Source of the DNA: Phoronis australis
Lineage: Eukaryota; Animalia; Phoronida
Length of the DNA stretch: 64,000 nt
Reading direction: 5' to 3'
Assembly: GCA_002633005.1 (NCBI GenBank)
Contig: NMRA01000011.1
Location: forward strand, 30,324-94,323
Position numbers and translations under genes: made by a program. Positions within the stretch are counted from its first letter, which is position 1, and each line of letters opens with the position of its first letter. Shown piece after piece: positions 1-11,559 of this stretch. The notes below the pieces were generated by a model, which saw only the letters and a program-made list of their open reading frames with translations, had not been told where the DNA came from and searched no databases.

Positions 1-2119
1 AACAATAAAAGTGCCACTACCGGACACACCTGCAGTCAAGAATTTTCTGCAACTTGTCGTCATCTGTTATCTCCATAGGAGCACACCTGCCAAATCTCAC
101 AAAGCACCTCCAAATACTTAAAAAGTTACAGTCAGACGCGAAAAAAATTGCCGCTAGGGGCCACCTCAGTTGTGGAACCTGCCCAAAAATCAGCGTCAGT
201 CGTAGCCTACTCATCATTATGATCATTTGAGAAATTTGGCAAACAGGAAGGCCGATGTCACCAACGTACTCATGTTTTTAAATTGCCACCAGGTGGTGCA
301 AAATATGCCATTATTTGATAATGAAATAAACAAATAATAACGGTAACGATGAAATATTACCATACTCTTTTACACAAAAAAATCTTGCAAAACAAGACTC
401 GCCAAATTGTAATGGTAAGTGGCACACCGGAAGACGCGGGATTGTTTATAAACTAGTACTTCATCAGCATATTCACAACGTAGCATCCTCAACATAAGTA
501 CACTATCAGCCCAATACGTGGTGCGACACTTTTTCTCAACAGAAAACTAAATCCTTTTTAACAAAATCTGCAGCTAATTCATATTTATGCATATCATAGT
601 CCAAAGCAGTCTTCATCTTCTTGACAATAATTTATGTATTTCTTCAGTTTCAGCACATGACCGTTGTACATGATCTTTTTTCCATCGCACTCGTCGACCC
701 AGACATGAAGAATCCTTTTCCCCACCACCCTGCCTTCGATTACATCTCTGACAGCGTCTTTCGCCTCCATCTCAAGCTCTAGAAAATCTTTGACAATTTT
801 GAATTTTCTCATTTTTCCTTCGAAGCTGGGCATCCCTTTTGATACTCTTTGCAGACAGTCTTTGTCTCAACTCCATTTTTAAAAGACGAGCTTCCCTCCG
901 CTTGACAGTGCGTTGTTGACGAGCAAGACTTACGGATGCTTTGATGACACGATCTCTCTCGACTTTGGGAGTGCTGTCGAGTCTCTGTACAATTTTGTTC
1001 TTTGTGGCACGTATCTTGCATGAAAGGTACTCCAGGGTCGCACTTGGTGCTTTGGCTTGGATAGCCCTGAAAAAGCCCATTACCTCTTTGCTATACATAC
1101 TGTGGAGTTTTGCTGACTGAGTTGCCCTCTTTAGCTCCTCTGTGGTTTCAGTCTGGAAGTATCGGCTGTACTGCCTCTCAAGAACTTTAATTGTTGTCTC
1201 CAGACAGGTGGCCATGACTTTGTCAAACAGCCCCATGTTGTACGGCGTCACCTGCAACGATACAAGGATCTCATCACTGTCCAGTTCCTCGCCAAAGAAG
1301 TCGAAACATGTCGATAATCTCTTCGATGGACACTCAAGGGCGACTTTACACTCAGCTATGATGTGTTTCACATGAGTGAAGGCTTCCAGGTGGTTGACGT
1401 CAGTGCTGGGCTGGTAAAAACGCGTCGTCCAAGGCCCAGTAACCAGCTTTCCAATTAAGCCCAGAGCTTGAAACTCTGTTTTTGCCAATTCAGTTGCGAA
1501 ATCAGCAGCCACAGCTTTCTGGAGCGTTCCACAGGCAAGAACAGAGTTCTGCAGAAAATCGTTGAAAATCGTTTGGTGGTAAAAATACTTGCCACATAAA
1601 TGAAACAGAATGTGGAGTCTGTTGTCACGATAACGGGGAATAAATCCATGCCCAAGATGCTCATCATCGAGAAAAGACAGGAACGCTTTGGGGTCACCTT
1701 TTGGACTGTTCTTGTACCGAATCTTGTTCATTGCAAATACAATGTTAGCGGCGATGCAGTCACGTACAAGAACTCTGCTAGGTTCGGCTTCATGTTTCTT
1801 AATTGCGCTACGGCATGAACTAGCTATTGTGTCTAGTGGATGAAGGTGGCAGTTAAGCTCGTTCAGTGGCTTGTTCCATTCATCTTCAAGCAGGCTCACC
1901 GTTGCATGGTTGACTGCCGCCCGGTCCGTCATGGTGTTAGCTATGTTCTTGACCATTCCAAGACGACATCCTTCAAAATTAGAATTACCTATAGAGGCAC
2001 ACACACCTGCAATCCTTTCTAAACTTTCGGTCACATGTGATGAATAATCAGCTGCTGTACCACCAGGAAGTTCATCTACCGAAAGGACAAGGGCATCATC
2101 TGTGGTGGTGATGTGAACT

Positions 2120-2349
2120 GCATTTACATGTACACCAAGCTGGGTAGTAGCATTTACATGTACACCAAGCTGGGTAGTAGCATTTACATGCACACCAAGC
2201 TGGGTAGTAGCATCAAATGTGAACTGCATTTACATGTACACCAAGCTGGGTAGTAGCATTTACATGTACACCAAGCTGGGTAGTAGCATTTACATGTACA
2301 CCAAGCTGGGTAGTAGCATTTACATGTACACCAAGCTGGGTAGTAGCAT
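2120..2349. repeat. 30-bp tandem repeat (gcatttacatgtacaccaagctgggtagta), >=7 copies, running into the gap
   Basis: Directly visible; encodes ATTQLGVHVN in frame on the minus strand. Confidence 0.95.
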
Positions 2350-3322
2350 NNNNNNNNNNNNNNNNNNNNNNNNNNNNNNNNNNNNNNNNNNNNNNNNNNN
2401 NNNNNNNNNNNNNNNNNNNNNNNNNNNNNNNNNNNNNNNNNNNNNNNNNNNNNNNNNNNNNNNNNNNNNNNNNNNNNNNNNNNNNNNNNNNNNNNNNNNN
2501 NNNNNNNNNNNNNNNNNNNNNNNNNNNNNNNNNNNNNNNNNNNNNNNNNNNNNNNNNNNNNNNNNNNNNNNNNNNNNNNNNNNNNNNNNNNNNNNNNNNN
2601 NNNNNNNNNNNNNNNNNNNNNNNNNNNNNNNNNNNNNNNNNNNNNNNNNNNNNNNNNNNNNNNNNNNNNNNNNNNNNNNNNNNNNNNNNNNNNNNNNNNN
2701 NNNNNNNNNNNNNNNNNNNNNNNNNNNNNNNNNNNNNNNNNNNNNNNNNNNNNNNNNNNNNNNNNNNNNNNNNNNNNNNNNNNNNNNNNNNNNNNNNNNN
2801 NNNNNNNNNNNNNNNNNNNNNNNNNNNNNNNNNNNNNNNNNNNNNNNNNNNNNNNNNNNNNNNNNNNNNNNNNNNNNNNNNNNNNNNNNNNNNNNNNNNN
2901 NNNNNNNNNNNNNNNNNNNNNNNNNNNNNNNNNNNNNNNNNNNNNNNNNNNNNNNNNNNNNNNNNNNNNNNNNNNNNNNNNNNNNNNNNNNNNNNNNNNN
3001 NNNNNNNNNNNNNNNNNNNNNNNNNNNNNNNNNNNNNNNNNNNNNNNNNNNNNNNNNNNNNNNNNNNNNNNNNNNNNNNNNNNNNNNNNNNNNNNNNNNN
3101 NNNNNNNNNNNNNNNNNNNNNNNNNNNNNNNNNNNNNNNNNNNNNNNNNNNNNNNNNNNNNNNNNNNNNNNNNNNNNNNNNNNNNNNNNNNNNNNNNNNN
3201 NNNNNNNNNNNNNNNNNNNNNNNNNNNNNNNNNNNNNNNNNNNNNNNNNNNNNNNNNNNNNNNNNNNNNNNNNNNNNNNNNNNNNNNNNNNNNNNNNNNN
3301 NNNNNNNNNNNNNNNNNNNNNN
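2350..3322. other. Assembly gap (N run)
   Basis: Run of N. Confidence 1.
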
Positions 3323-6300
3323 GTTCATTGAAATTATAGACACATGGTGAACAGAGACACCTGGTGGCTGCCAAAAGTATTGCTCACAGGCTACTTTAGT
3401 TTTTGACAATATTGGACAAGACAACTAGTTCTTATCTGTCAATCATCTAAGTTCTTAACAGGTCCTCCTGGAGGCAATTTGTTTGCAAGTGTTGGATTTT
3501 ATATTTTAACCTGTTAAAAATAATTAAAAAGTTATGGGTCATGGGTTGGAGCAATAAATGAAAAATATGGGCGGTGGGTACGAAATAAAAGTGCCTTCCC
3601 CCCTCCCATACAGATTTTGTTGGAACAGCCCTAAGGTTGTTGATTACCTACAATGCCACATTTATGTATACCTTTCAAAAGTTTTTTGCCGATTACTAAA
3701 AGAACAATAATATTGTTTCGCGGAGATGAGATCAGAACCTAATAATTGAACAAGAGTACTAATGCATATAAATAAGTCTAAAGCAGCATAGAATAACAGA
3801 TTCTTAATTAATTTATAAAAAGTATGATGGCTAAAACTTAACTGAAAATGAACTGCTTCATTGCTTCTAATAAATTACAACACACTATCTGTTATATAAA
3901 CGGTCATTTATTTAATATATTAAGGAGGTGTGTACCTTTTTAATTTTGTGTGTTTCTGTTTCACTAGGGCAAGTTCCTTTTGAAGCTCTTTGTTTCTGTT
4001 ACGTCTAAGTGCCCTAATCTGCTGGTTCTTTTTCACTAGGGATACCTCCTCCCTCTTCAGCTGCTGTCTGAGCTGCTGAATCTTAGAAGACTTAAGATTA
4101 TGCCTCAAATTACGTATGCCGGTCTGGAACTTTTTTTTCAGTAGATCTGGATTTCGCCACAAAGTCTAACCGTTGCTTCAACTGAGTTTTACGTGGCGTT
4201 AGCACAACTCTTTGGGACAAACGCACAGCAGGTTTTGGTGACCTTTGATCCAAGGGCTCCTGATCTGTGGAAGGACCAGCAATAGAGAGGATTGGACCTT
4301 CCAGTCACCCACTACTGTTTCCTTTAGCATAGTTGCAGTAGCAGCCAGTGAAGAATTGCACTTGAGGTACAGGAACAGCACATGCCCATTCTTCACATCT
4401 TCACAACTGGTAGGCACATCGCAGAAGTGCTCTTCCAGGTACTGACGAGCTAAGCCAGGTTTATCAGAAACTGGCGACAGCTTTCTTTTCTTTTTTGGTG
4501 ACATCCTGAAAATAAAAAAAATATTGAAATGTATGATTCTGAATGTTTATACCAAGGAAGACCTTTTTGCAAATGCAAAAGGTAATTGTACTCCACTAGC
4601 TGTGTATCAAAATGAACTAAAAATTGGCTAACAGTAATGCACTTCATTTCCGCACTGAAAACACTTTGATGAAATGTTGTTTTGCAAAAATGACATCTAC
4701 TATCAGTTATCAAAGAAGTTTGTTTTCATCTAAGTTTCTTGAGGTGAGATTGTAAAGAAACCACTTTTACCATAAAAATATGTTGAAAACAAAAAACAAA
4801 ATTTCATATTGAAATTTATCAAGCAAGTTTGAAATAACGAGAACAATGAAAATGCACTGATGAAATCATTTGTTCTGTCAATATGAATATAAAGGATTTC
4901 AAAAATGTTCACAAAAGGCTAGCTCATCCAGCAATGTGCACTGTTTACATTCGTCAGTCAGCTGTTCTTTGTTTGGCAGCCGCTGTTCATTTATTTAACA
5001 AATAAACCAATCAGATTGTCGGAACCATGTCACGTGACCTGGGTTCCTACGACAAAAATCAACAAGAATCATTGTATTTAGACCACAAATAACAATTAAT
5101 ATCCCCAAATGTAAATCTAACTTGTACTTGGCGACTTTCAAAATGCAAAACAATTGCAGAAAAGGAACTGGTCATGAGAAAAACGATTCGCTTCATAACC
5201 AAGCAAATTTCCGTTCATCATGGCCGTAACACTGCAAATCCGAGTACCATAGTTGGGGATTGAAAAAACTATGAGGGCATCAATAGATCTTCACAAAAAT
5301 CGGCATGCAGATTCATATAGGGTTAAATTTATGCGATGTGATAAATTCTTACAACAACGTAACTTACCTGAAGAAATGTGATGACTTGAAGATAAACAAC
5401 AACATTCCTACACGAACAGCATGGGAATGAAAACGTAAAACAACTTAATTCATGACGTATGCATTCAGGAATGTGTGTTCTACGTCATCCAAACCTTTGG
5501 TGCTTTGTTCCTACAGTTTTTACGGAGAGCAAGTGGATTTTCGAGGGGTAGGTTCAAACAATGGTTAAAAAGCGATGACCGCCATTATCGGAGAACCATT
5601 CAGCGATTAGATAAGATTATGTCACGTCCCTACTATAGTGTGCCTAAAATGACTGTTGTTGTGAATGGCCTAATCAGCTAATGGTTATCTCTTCCACAAA
5701 TTATTTCGTAAAAAAATCACATCACTTCAGAATACAGCATAGTATACAAGATAATAATTATCATTAAATGTTTAACCCTTATCCTGCGCTAGGCGAGGTC
5801 AGCTGGGCTGCCCTAGGAGAGTGCACTCACCCCAGGACACTTGTGATTTTCATTCAGAAATTGTAAGAGCCCTGGAATGTTGTTTAGATATGTGACCATG
5901 AGCATTCCATACTTCACAACTTCCTCTACTGTTCTCCAATTTAAACCATATGGCTGTGATTACTAGTTTGGGAGATATTGGCAGGTTTATGTAAGTGTAG
6001 ACACATAGTCATAGTTTCATTATATGGCTGGAGCCATACGGGAGAGGATGACAGTGGATCAGTTTACTTTCACCAAGTCCAAGGCTATGAAAGACTTACA
6101 CATGGTGAAAATCTCCATTAAATTCTGCACAAGTTTTGTATTGACTTCTTTTCTGTAAATTTNTAGGTCATTTGTCTAGGTGACCTCCACAACAGCTTAG
6201 TGTAAAGCAGTAGTGGTGACCTACTTAGCTCAGCACACAAAGAAAGTAGTCTGAATAGAGGCTCAGCAGGATTACGAAAGGCTAAATTTATTAAAAATCG

Positions 6301-7939
6301 AAAAGAGAGAAAGTTAATTACCACCATAGTCTGACCCTTCAAGAAGTTAATTACCTTAACATAAAAGGCTACCGGTATGATTTCACAAAAATAGGAATAT
6401 GAAGGTACATGTAATCGTTTCCATCATTGGTCCCTTTCCCGATGAGCGGCCCATTAAGATGATATCAATGCCAGGCCCTGAATAAAAATAATAGCAAAAA
6501 TAAACTAGACAAAGAGTTGTAAGTTTAACAAGTTTAATTCGCAGCCGACAACACAACGAGGTCGAACCGGAAGGGCTCTCTCCAAACACAGTTGTACGAA
6601 TAACAATGCAATGGCGTGATTGCCTCTTCTGTCACAGAAAATGAGGTAAACTTACACTAAGAACGGGTAGTAGAAAACAAAAATAGTAAACACAGTGCTA
6701 ATAAGTTACTATGGCGTTAACAAAGTAGCTAAAATCAGTCATAAAGCCAATCGTCCGTTTGCCAATGAGGTTTGTGGCGCAGCCGTTGCGATCTTCTCTG
6801 GGTCTCTGGATGAGCAGGGAAGACGGGGGGTACAACAGCAGGCGTTGTNTTAGTCAGTTTTCCGCAGTGTGGCGTATGGGGAAACATGGTGTCCGATATT
6901 TAGGTTCTCCGAAGGTTTGCTTGTTGTGTTTTTTAAAGTTCAGTCGGAACATAAATGTGGCTTTCGGTGACAAGATATAGTAACACAACAATTCTATAAA
7001 GGTAATTCTTTATTTCAGCAAAGAATTTACAACAATCCGTACTATTTTCAATTAAATATAATGCAAAATGTGCCAAAACGTCCGATAATTAGGTCACTTG
7101 ACTCTTGACTGTATAAATCGGTAAATAAAACAAGAATGTAACTTCCTTTGTCAACAGAAACAGAAACAGAAATAAATGTTTCGTATACGTTACTGGTGAT
7201 GTATTCTTTGACTCGTTAGCTTTGAAATGCGAGAGTTTGACGAGTACAGAGAGATTTAAACAGCTATAAATCCATCGACATTTCCATTACTGGAAGTCGC
7301 CATGTTGGTGAACTAGATTGACCTATTATTCAACTGACCAATAGAATGCCTTGTTTGTAGGTCTTACAAGTACAAGACAAGACAAGATACGCTATCTAAT
7401 CGCTAGATGTCGCGAGCGTTCGTTACAAAGCAGAGAGCAGCTACAGCCGAGCAAGTGGTCTGGTCTTTCATTTTCAACATGTTCACAAATACAAACAAGC
7501 CAAATTCACGTGGCATAGCCTACATAAAATAGGCCTAACTAAATAAAAATGCTCCAAAGCCTGGCCTAACCCTAGATTTTAGTATTTTGTCACTGCAAAT
7601 TGTCCGCGGCCGCAGCATCACTGTTCGGTGCCACGGCGGTTCTCCCAAGTATAATAAGGAAGTAAGTAAAATGCTTATTTCTCATCGGTATGGAACAGGT
7701 CAACAGCAAAACAGTAGCACAAGTGTGATCGATACAAACCACGACTTATCAAGCATCAAAAGACAGTATTTGACAGCTTAGGCAAAGTTGGCATTCACAA
7801 TAGGGAGGACAACATTTTTAAAATTTTTTTTACAATAGTATAGTCCGGTTACCTATTGTTGTCAGGCTCCAAAGGTCGTCCGCCATCTTGTTTCGCGTGC
7901 AGCGCAACCACGCGGGACTTAGCGTTCCAATTTGGAGNG

Positions 7940-8002
7940 GCCGGTCGTCGACCAATTTCCGACCGGTCGGCCAAAAATTCGTGATGTGTGCTGTAGGTCC
8001 TA
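7940..8002. mobile_element. Solo terminal fragment of the TIR family that also bounds 28186-31752
   Basis: gtcgaccaatttccgaccggtcggccaaaaattcgtgatgtgtgctgta matches 31700-31751 directly and 28190-28240 in reverse complement. Confidence 0.75.
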
Positions 8003-8369
8003 ACGTCTACTGAACGCACGCCAGGTTAGTATACTAGTTCCGGCCCGTATTGGAATCTGGCTCGTATTGGAATAATACTTTAAAACGATAAATCGACTAC
8101 AAAACTTTATAATTCGCTATGTTTTCATAAAATGGATGTTTCCTTTCATAAGTTTAATATAAAACAGACACCCACAACGTCGTGTTGCTATTAAATCCTC
8201 AATCTTTGTGCGAGATTGACCGAGGCTAAATTCAAAATGGCGGCTATTACGAGTTGCAGGAGTGCAAGGCAAATAATTTTGAAAATTTAGCTTCTACCAG
8301 AACATTTTCGACGAATTTGAATATTGCTATATATAAAAAGATCATGCTAAAATATGCTCTTAAGTTTCC

Positions 8370-9890
8370 ACGTATTTTCTACCAACTTTAAAGGGCTACT
8401 GCCGCCGATTCCAATACGGGACACACACTCGACAGCGGCCCGTATTGGAATCGCACGGCGATCACAACATCGGCTTCAAAATGACATGAATGCAAAGCTC
8501 CCAACATCGAAATAATTGTGTCAACCAAACTACACTTTATATTGAACATTGTGACATGGTCTGATCACAACTCGGAAGAGGCGTTTTGGGTTTTTTGACA
8601 GTTCAGGCGGCCTCCTTCACCGTCCCAGGGATCTTACGGGTTCGTATTGGAATTTGGGTTAATTAGGTGATTAAAAACTTTCAAAGGTAACAATTTCTAA
8701 AAGTTTGCATATTGATTGGTATAACAGGACCGTCTAATGTCTTTCCATGAACTTTTTCGTATTTTGCACCAGCTTTAAAGGCCTACTGTCGCCGATTCCA
8801 ATACGGGACACGCCGGCCGGCAGCCGGCCGGTATTGGAATTTTTGTTAATTAGGCTATTAAAAACTGTCAAAGGTAACTATTTCGACAATTTAGTGTATA
8901 AATTGATATAAAATGACCATCTAATGTCTTTCCATGAACTTTTACGTATTTTGCACCAACTTTCAAGGCCTACTGTCGCCGATTCCAATACGGGACAGGC
9001 CTCCGCAGCCGGCCCGTATTGGAATTTGAGCTAATTAGTTGATTAAAACCTTTCAAAAGGTAACAATTTTGATCAGTTTGTATATGAATTGATGTGAAAT
9101 GACCAACTAATGTCTTTCCTTAAACTTTTATGCACTTTGCATCAACTTAAAAGGGCTACTGTCGCCGATTCCAATACGGTACAGGCCTCGACAGCCGGCC
9201 CGTATTGGAATTTGAGCTAATTAGTTGATTAAAACCTTACAAAAGGTAACAATGTTGACCAGTTTGTATATGAATTGATGTGAAATGACCAACTAATGTC
9301 TTTCCTTGAACTTTTATGCACTTTTCATCAACTTAAAAGGGCTACTGTGGCCGAATCCAATACAGGACACACTCTCCAGAGGCGGATCTACAGGGGGGTT
9401 CAGGGGGTTTAAACCCCCCCCCCTCGGGACAGGATCAAAAATAAAAACTGGAAAAAAATCGTCAGAAAAACGAAATTAGCTACTAAAAATCCCAAAAAAT
9501 CTCACACGGGAGGAGGGAAACCCTCTCGCGACCTTCCTTCTCCTCGGCGCTACGCGCCTCGGATTGTTTCGAATCCTAACCCCCCCCCCTTACTGAAATC
9601 GTAGATTTGCCACTGCTCTCGGCAGCCGGCCCGTATTGGAATCGCTGGACGATCAAACTTTCGGCTTAAAAATGACGCGAATGCAAGATTCCAACATGTA
9701 AATATTTGTGTCAACCAAAGTACAATTTATATTAAACATTGTGAAATGGTCTGATCATAATTCGAACGAGACACTTTGTTTTTTTCGACACTTTAAGCAG
9801 TCACTATCACCGTCCCAGGGATTCCCATACGGGCCCGTATTGGAATGTGTGCTAATTAGCCGGTTAAAATGTTTCAAAGGTAACAATTTG
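8370..9890. repeat. Subterminal ~180-bp tandem units, most with an attccaatacggg...cccgtattggaat hairpin
   Basis: Units recur at ~8405, 8790, 8975, 9160 and 9350; the longer 8440-8700 segment is repeated at 9630-9890. Confidence 0.9.
9377..9615. mobile_element. MITE with CAG...CTG termini and a 5-bp TSD (CTCTC)
   Basis: TIR cagaggcggatcta / tagatttgccactg; ctctc at 9372-9376 and 9616-9620; it interrupts one unit of the 180-bp repeat. Confidence 0.85.
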
Positions 9891-10189
9891 AACAGAACAT
9901 TGCAATTGAAAAATTCACGATAACAAATTACTTCAAGTGCCTTTAATCATTTTTGATTGTTCATAGTGACAAATTCAGAAAATGTCAATACAATTTTCTG
10001 AATAAGTTTGAATCATGATGACTATACATTACAAAACATGGGGTTAACTTCAAGGTATCATTTGTCTTCAGGATTTGTGGAGACACTGGTGACTCTAGTA
10101 CCATTCACACCTGCAAGGGTTATCAGTTTTAGGATATTAAACCCTCTTTTTGCAATTTCAACCAATCATATTCATTCTCCTGCTAATGG

Positions 10190-10522
10190 AGGAGTGGGCT
10201 CGCACTCGAGTGAGGAGGGTGGATTCAACAGAAAACACAAAATGATTCTTAGACAGTGGTTTGTCCTCACTTTTGTTGTGTACATGACCTAAAGCATTAC
10301 TAATGCTTGGCGGTTGAAGATGCTTAGAAAGGGTTCCTAATTTTATCTTAACTTGAGCATTAATGAGTNGGAGGATTGGGCTCGGACTTGAGCGAGGAGG
10401 GTGGATTCAACAGAAAACACAAAATGATTCTTAGACAGTGGTTTGCCCTCACTTTTGTTGTGTACATGACCTAAAGCATTACTAATGCTTGGCGGTTGAA
10501 GATGCTTAGAAAGGGTTCTTAA
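10190..10522. repeat. Near-identical ~180-bp-spaced tandem duplication
   Basis: 10210-10341 is repeated at 10391-10522, with an N near the junction (10369). Confidence 0.85.
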
Positions 10523-11559
10523 TGTGTTAATATCCCAGTTTAGGAGCCTTTTAAGTAATGTGCTTCATTGTCCTTCATTGCACATGCTCACCATTGGCGT
10601 GGCAAAGAAAATAGATGTGGTTCGTAAACATTCTTATTATTAAACTTCCAAATGTACATTTAATAGAAGCAAAACTAGAAATTCATCTGCCATGCTTTTC
10701 GTCTTGGAAGATTCCCAGTCTGCAATTCTAGGCAATAGTCTGAAAAATAAAGAAACTTTATATGGTCAAAAGGTATCAAGAAAACTCAATATGTTGACAT
10801 CAGAGACCTTCATATTTCATGAAAACCAATCACTGGTTGAATCTCCGGTCTTCTCGTCTCATTATGCATGCTAAAGGAAACAGATTCAGTGTTTCATGTT
10901 CCAGAGAGTGCGTTACGGTATTTTGAATACACATTCACTGCCCAGTCTTGCAACTTTAAATCTTTGTTTAGAAAGCAGGTAGTGAATGAACTTAAGTCTT
11001 TTAAAATGATAAGTTTTTGAGTTAACACTCTCTTCCTACAAATTCAAGCATGATATTACAATCTTATACAAGGGGTTACATACCTGGAAGTCAAGCGGGT
11101 TGTCCACCAGGATGTCATAAGTGTTATGCACCTTGAAGTGAGGTTACGCCTCGACAGCACATCTGGAATAACATATGTTACAGAGCAATGTATTGCATGC
11201 AATCATAGATAAATGTTGAAATGGAAATGACGTATCTGTAATCTATGAAAGACTTACTACAAAATTGTGATGCATTGCCATCATTTTACAGAAAATTGTG
11301 CTGAAATCCCAGGGCGAAAACTCGCCGATTGACTGCCTCGCAATCGTCGATATGGCGACTTCAATTCTTGAATTCCTGAAGTTTTCCAAGTAGCGCCCCT
11401 AAGATTTTTAAGTTCCCGTGGAGTCGGGATTAACGGCAGGTTTAATACAATCTGTGCTACATCGTGCCATCTACATGCATGATCGGCAACATGAGAAAAA
11501 TTTCTTGACGAACACACATGTTGTTGTCACGTGACGTTTGTTTTGAAGTTTGTCTGCAT

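Larger units (their letters stand above)
594..4504 (-). pseudogene. Spliced, frameshifted DDE-transposase-like gene
   Basis: ORF 772-2229 has FDATT...MTDRAAVN...NCHLHPL (D..D..CxxH, as in hAT/MULE/P/Kolobok-type transposases). Upstream ORFs 4199-4504 (MSPKKKRK) and 3920-4162 (basic coiled coil) have splice signals: acceptor before 4505, donor ~3935, acceptor ~3511. The C-terminal part continues in another frame (594-833). Confidence 0.65.
15..5640 (-). mobile_element. Putative CACTA-ended (CMC-type termini) DNA transposon, ~5.6 kb including the gap
   Basis: Begins CACTA at 15 and ends TAGTG at 5640, with TGC on both flanks (12-14, 5641-5643), consistent with a 3-bp TSD. It encloses a minus-strand transposase-like gene. 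Terminal similarity does not extend much beyond 5 bp. Confidence 0.55.

Noticed and set aside
2120-2349. CRISPR-like 30-bp repeats
   Set aside because: Head-to-tail with no spacers, eukaryotic context and no cas genes.
2184-3424. Long ORFs of 370-403 aa in the ORF track
   Set aside because: They are artefacts of reading through the N gap.
5772-6250. piggyBac-like element starting TTAA-CCC
   Set aside because: No convincing matching right terminus found.
10190-10522. Biologically meaningful duplication
   Set aside because: Near-identical with an N near the junction; may be a haplotype or assembly artefact.
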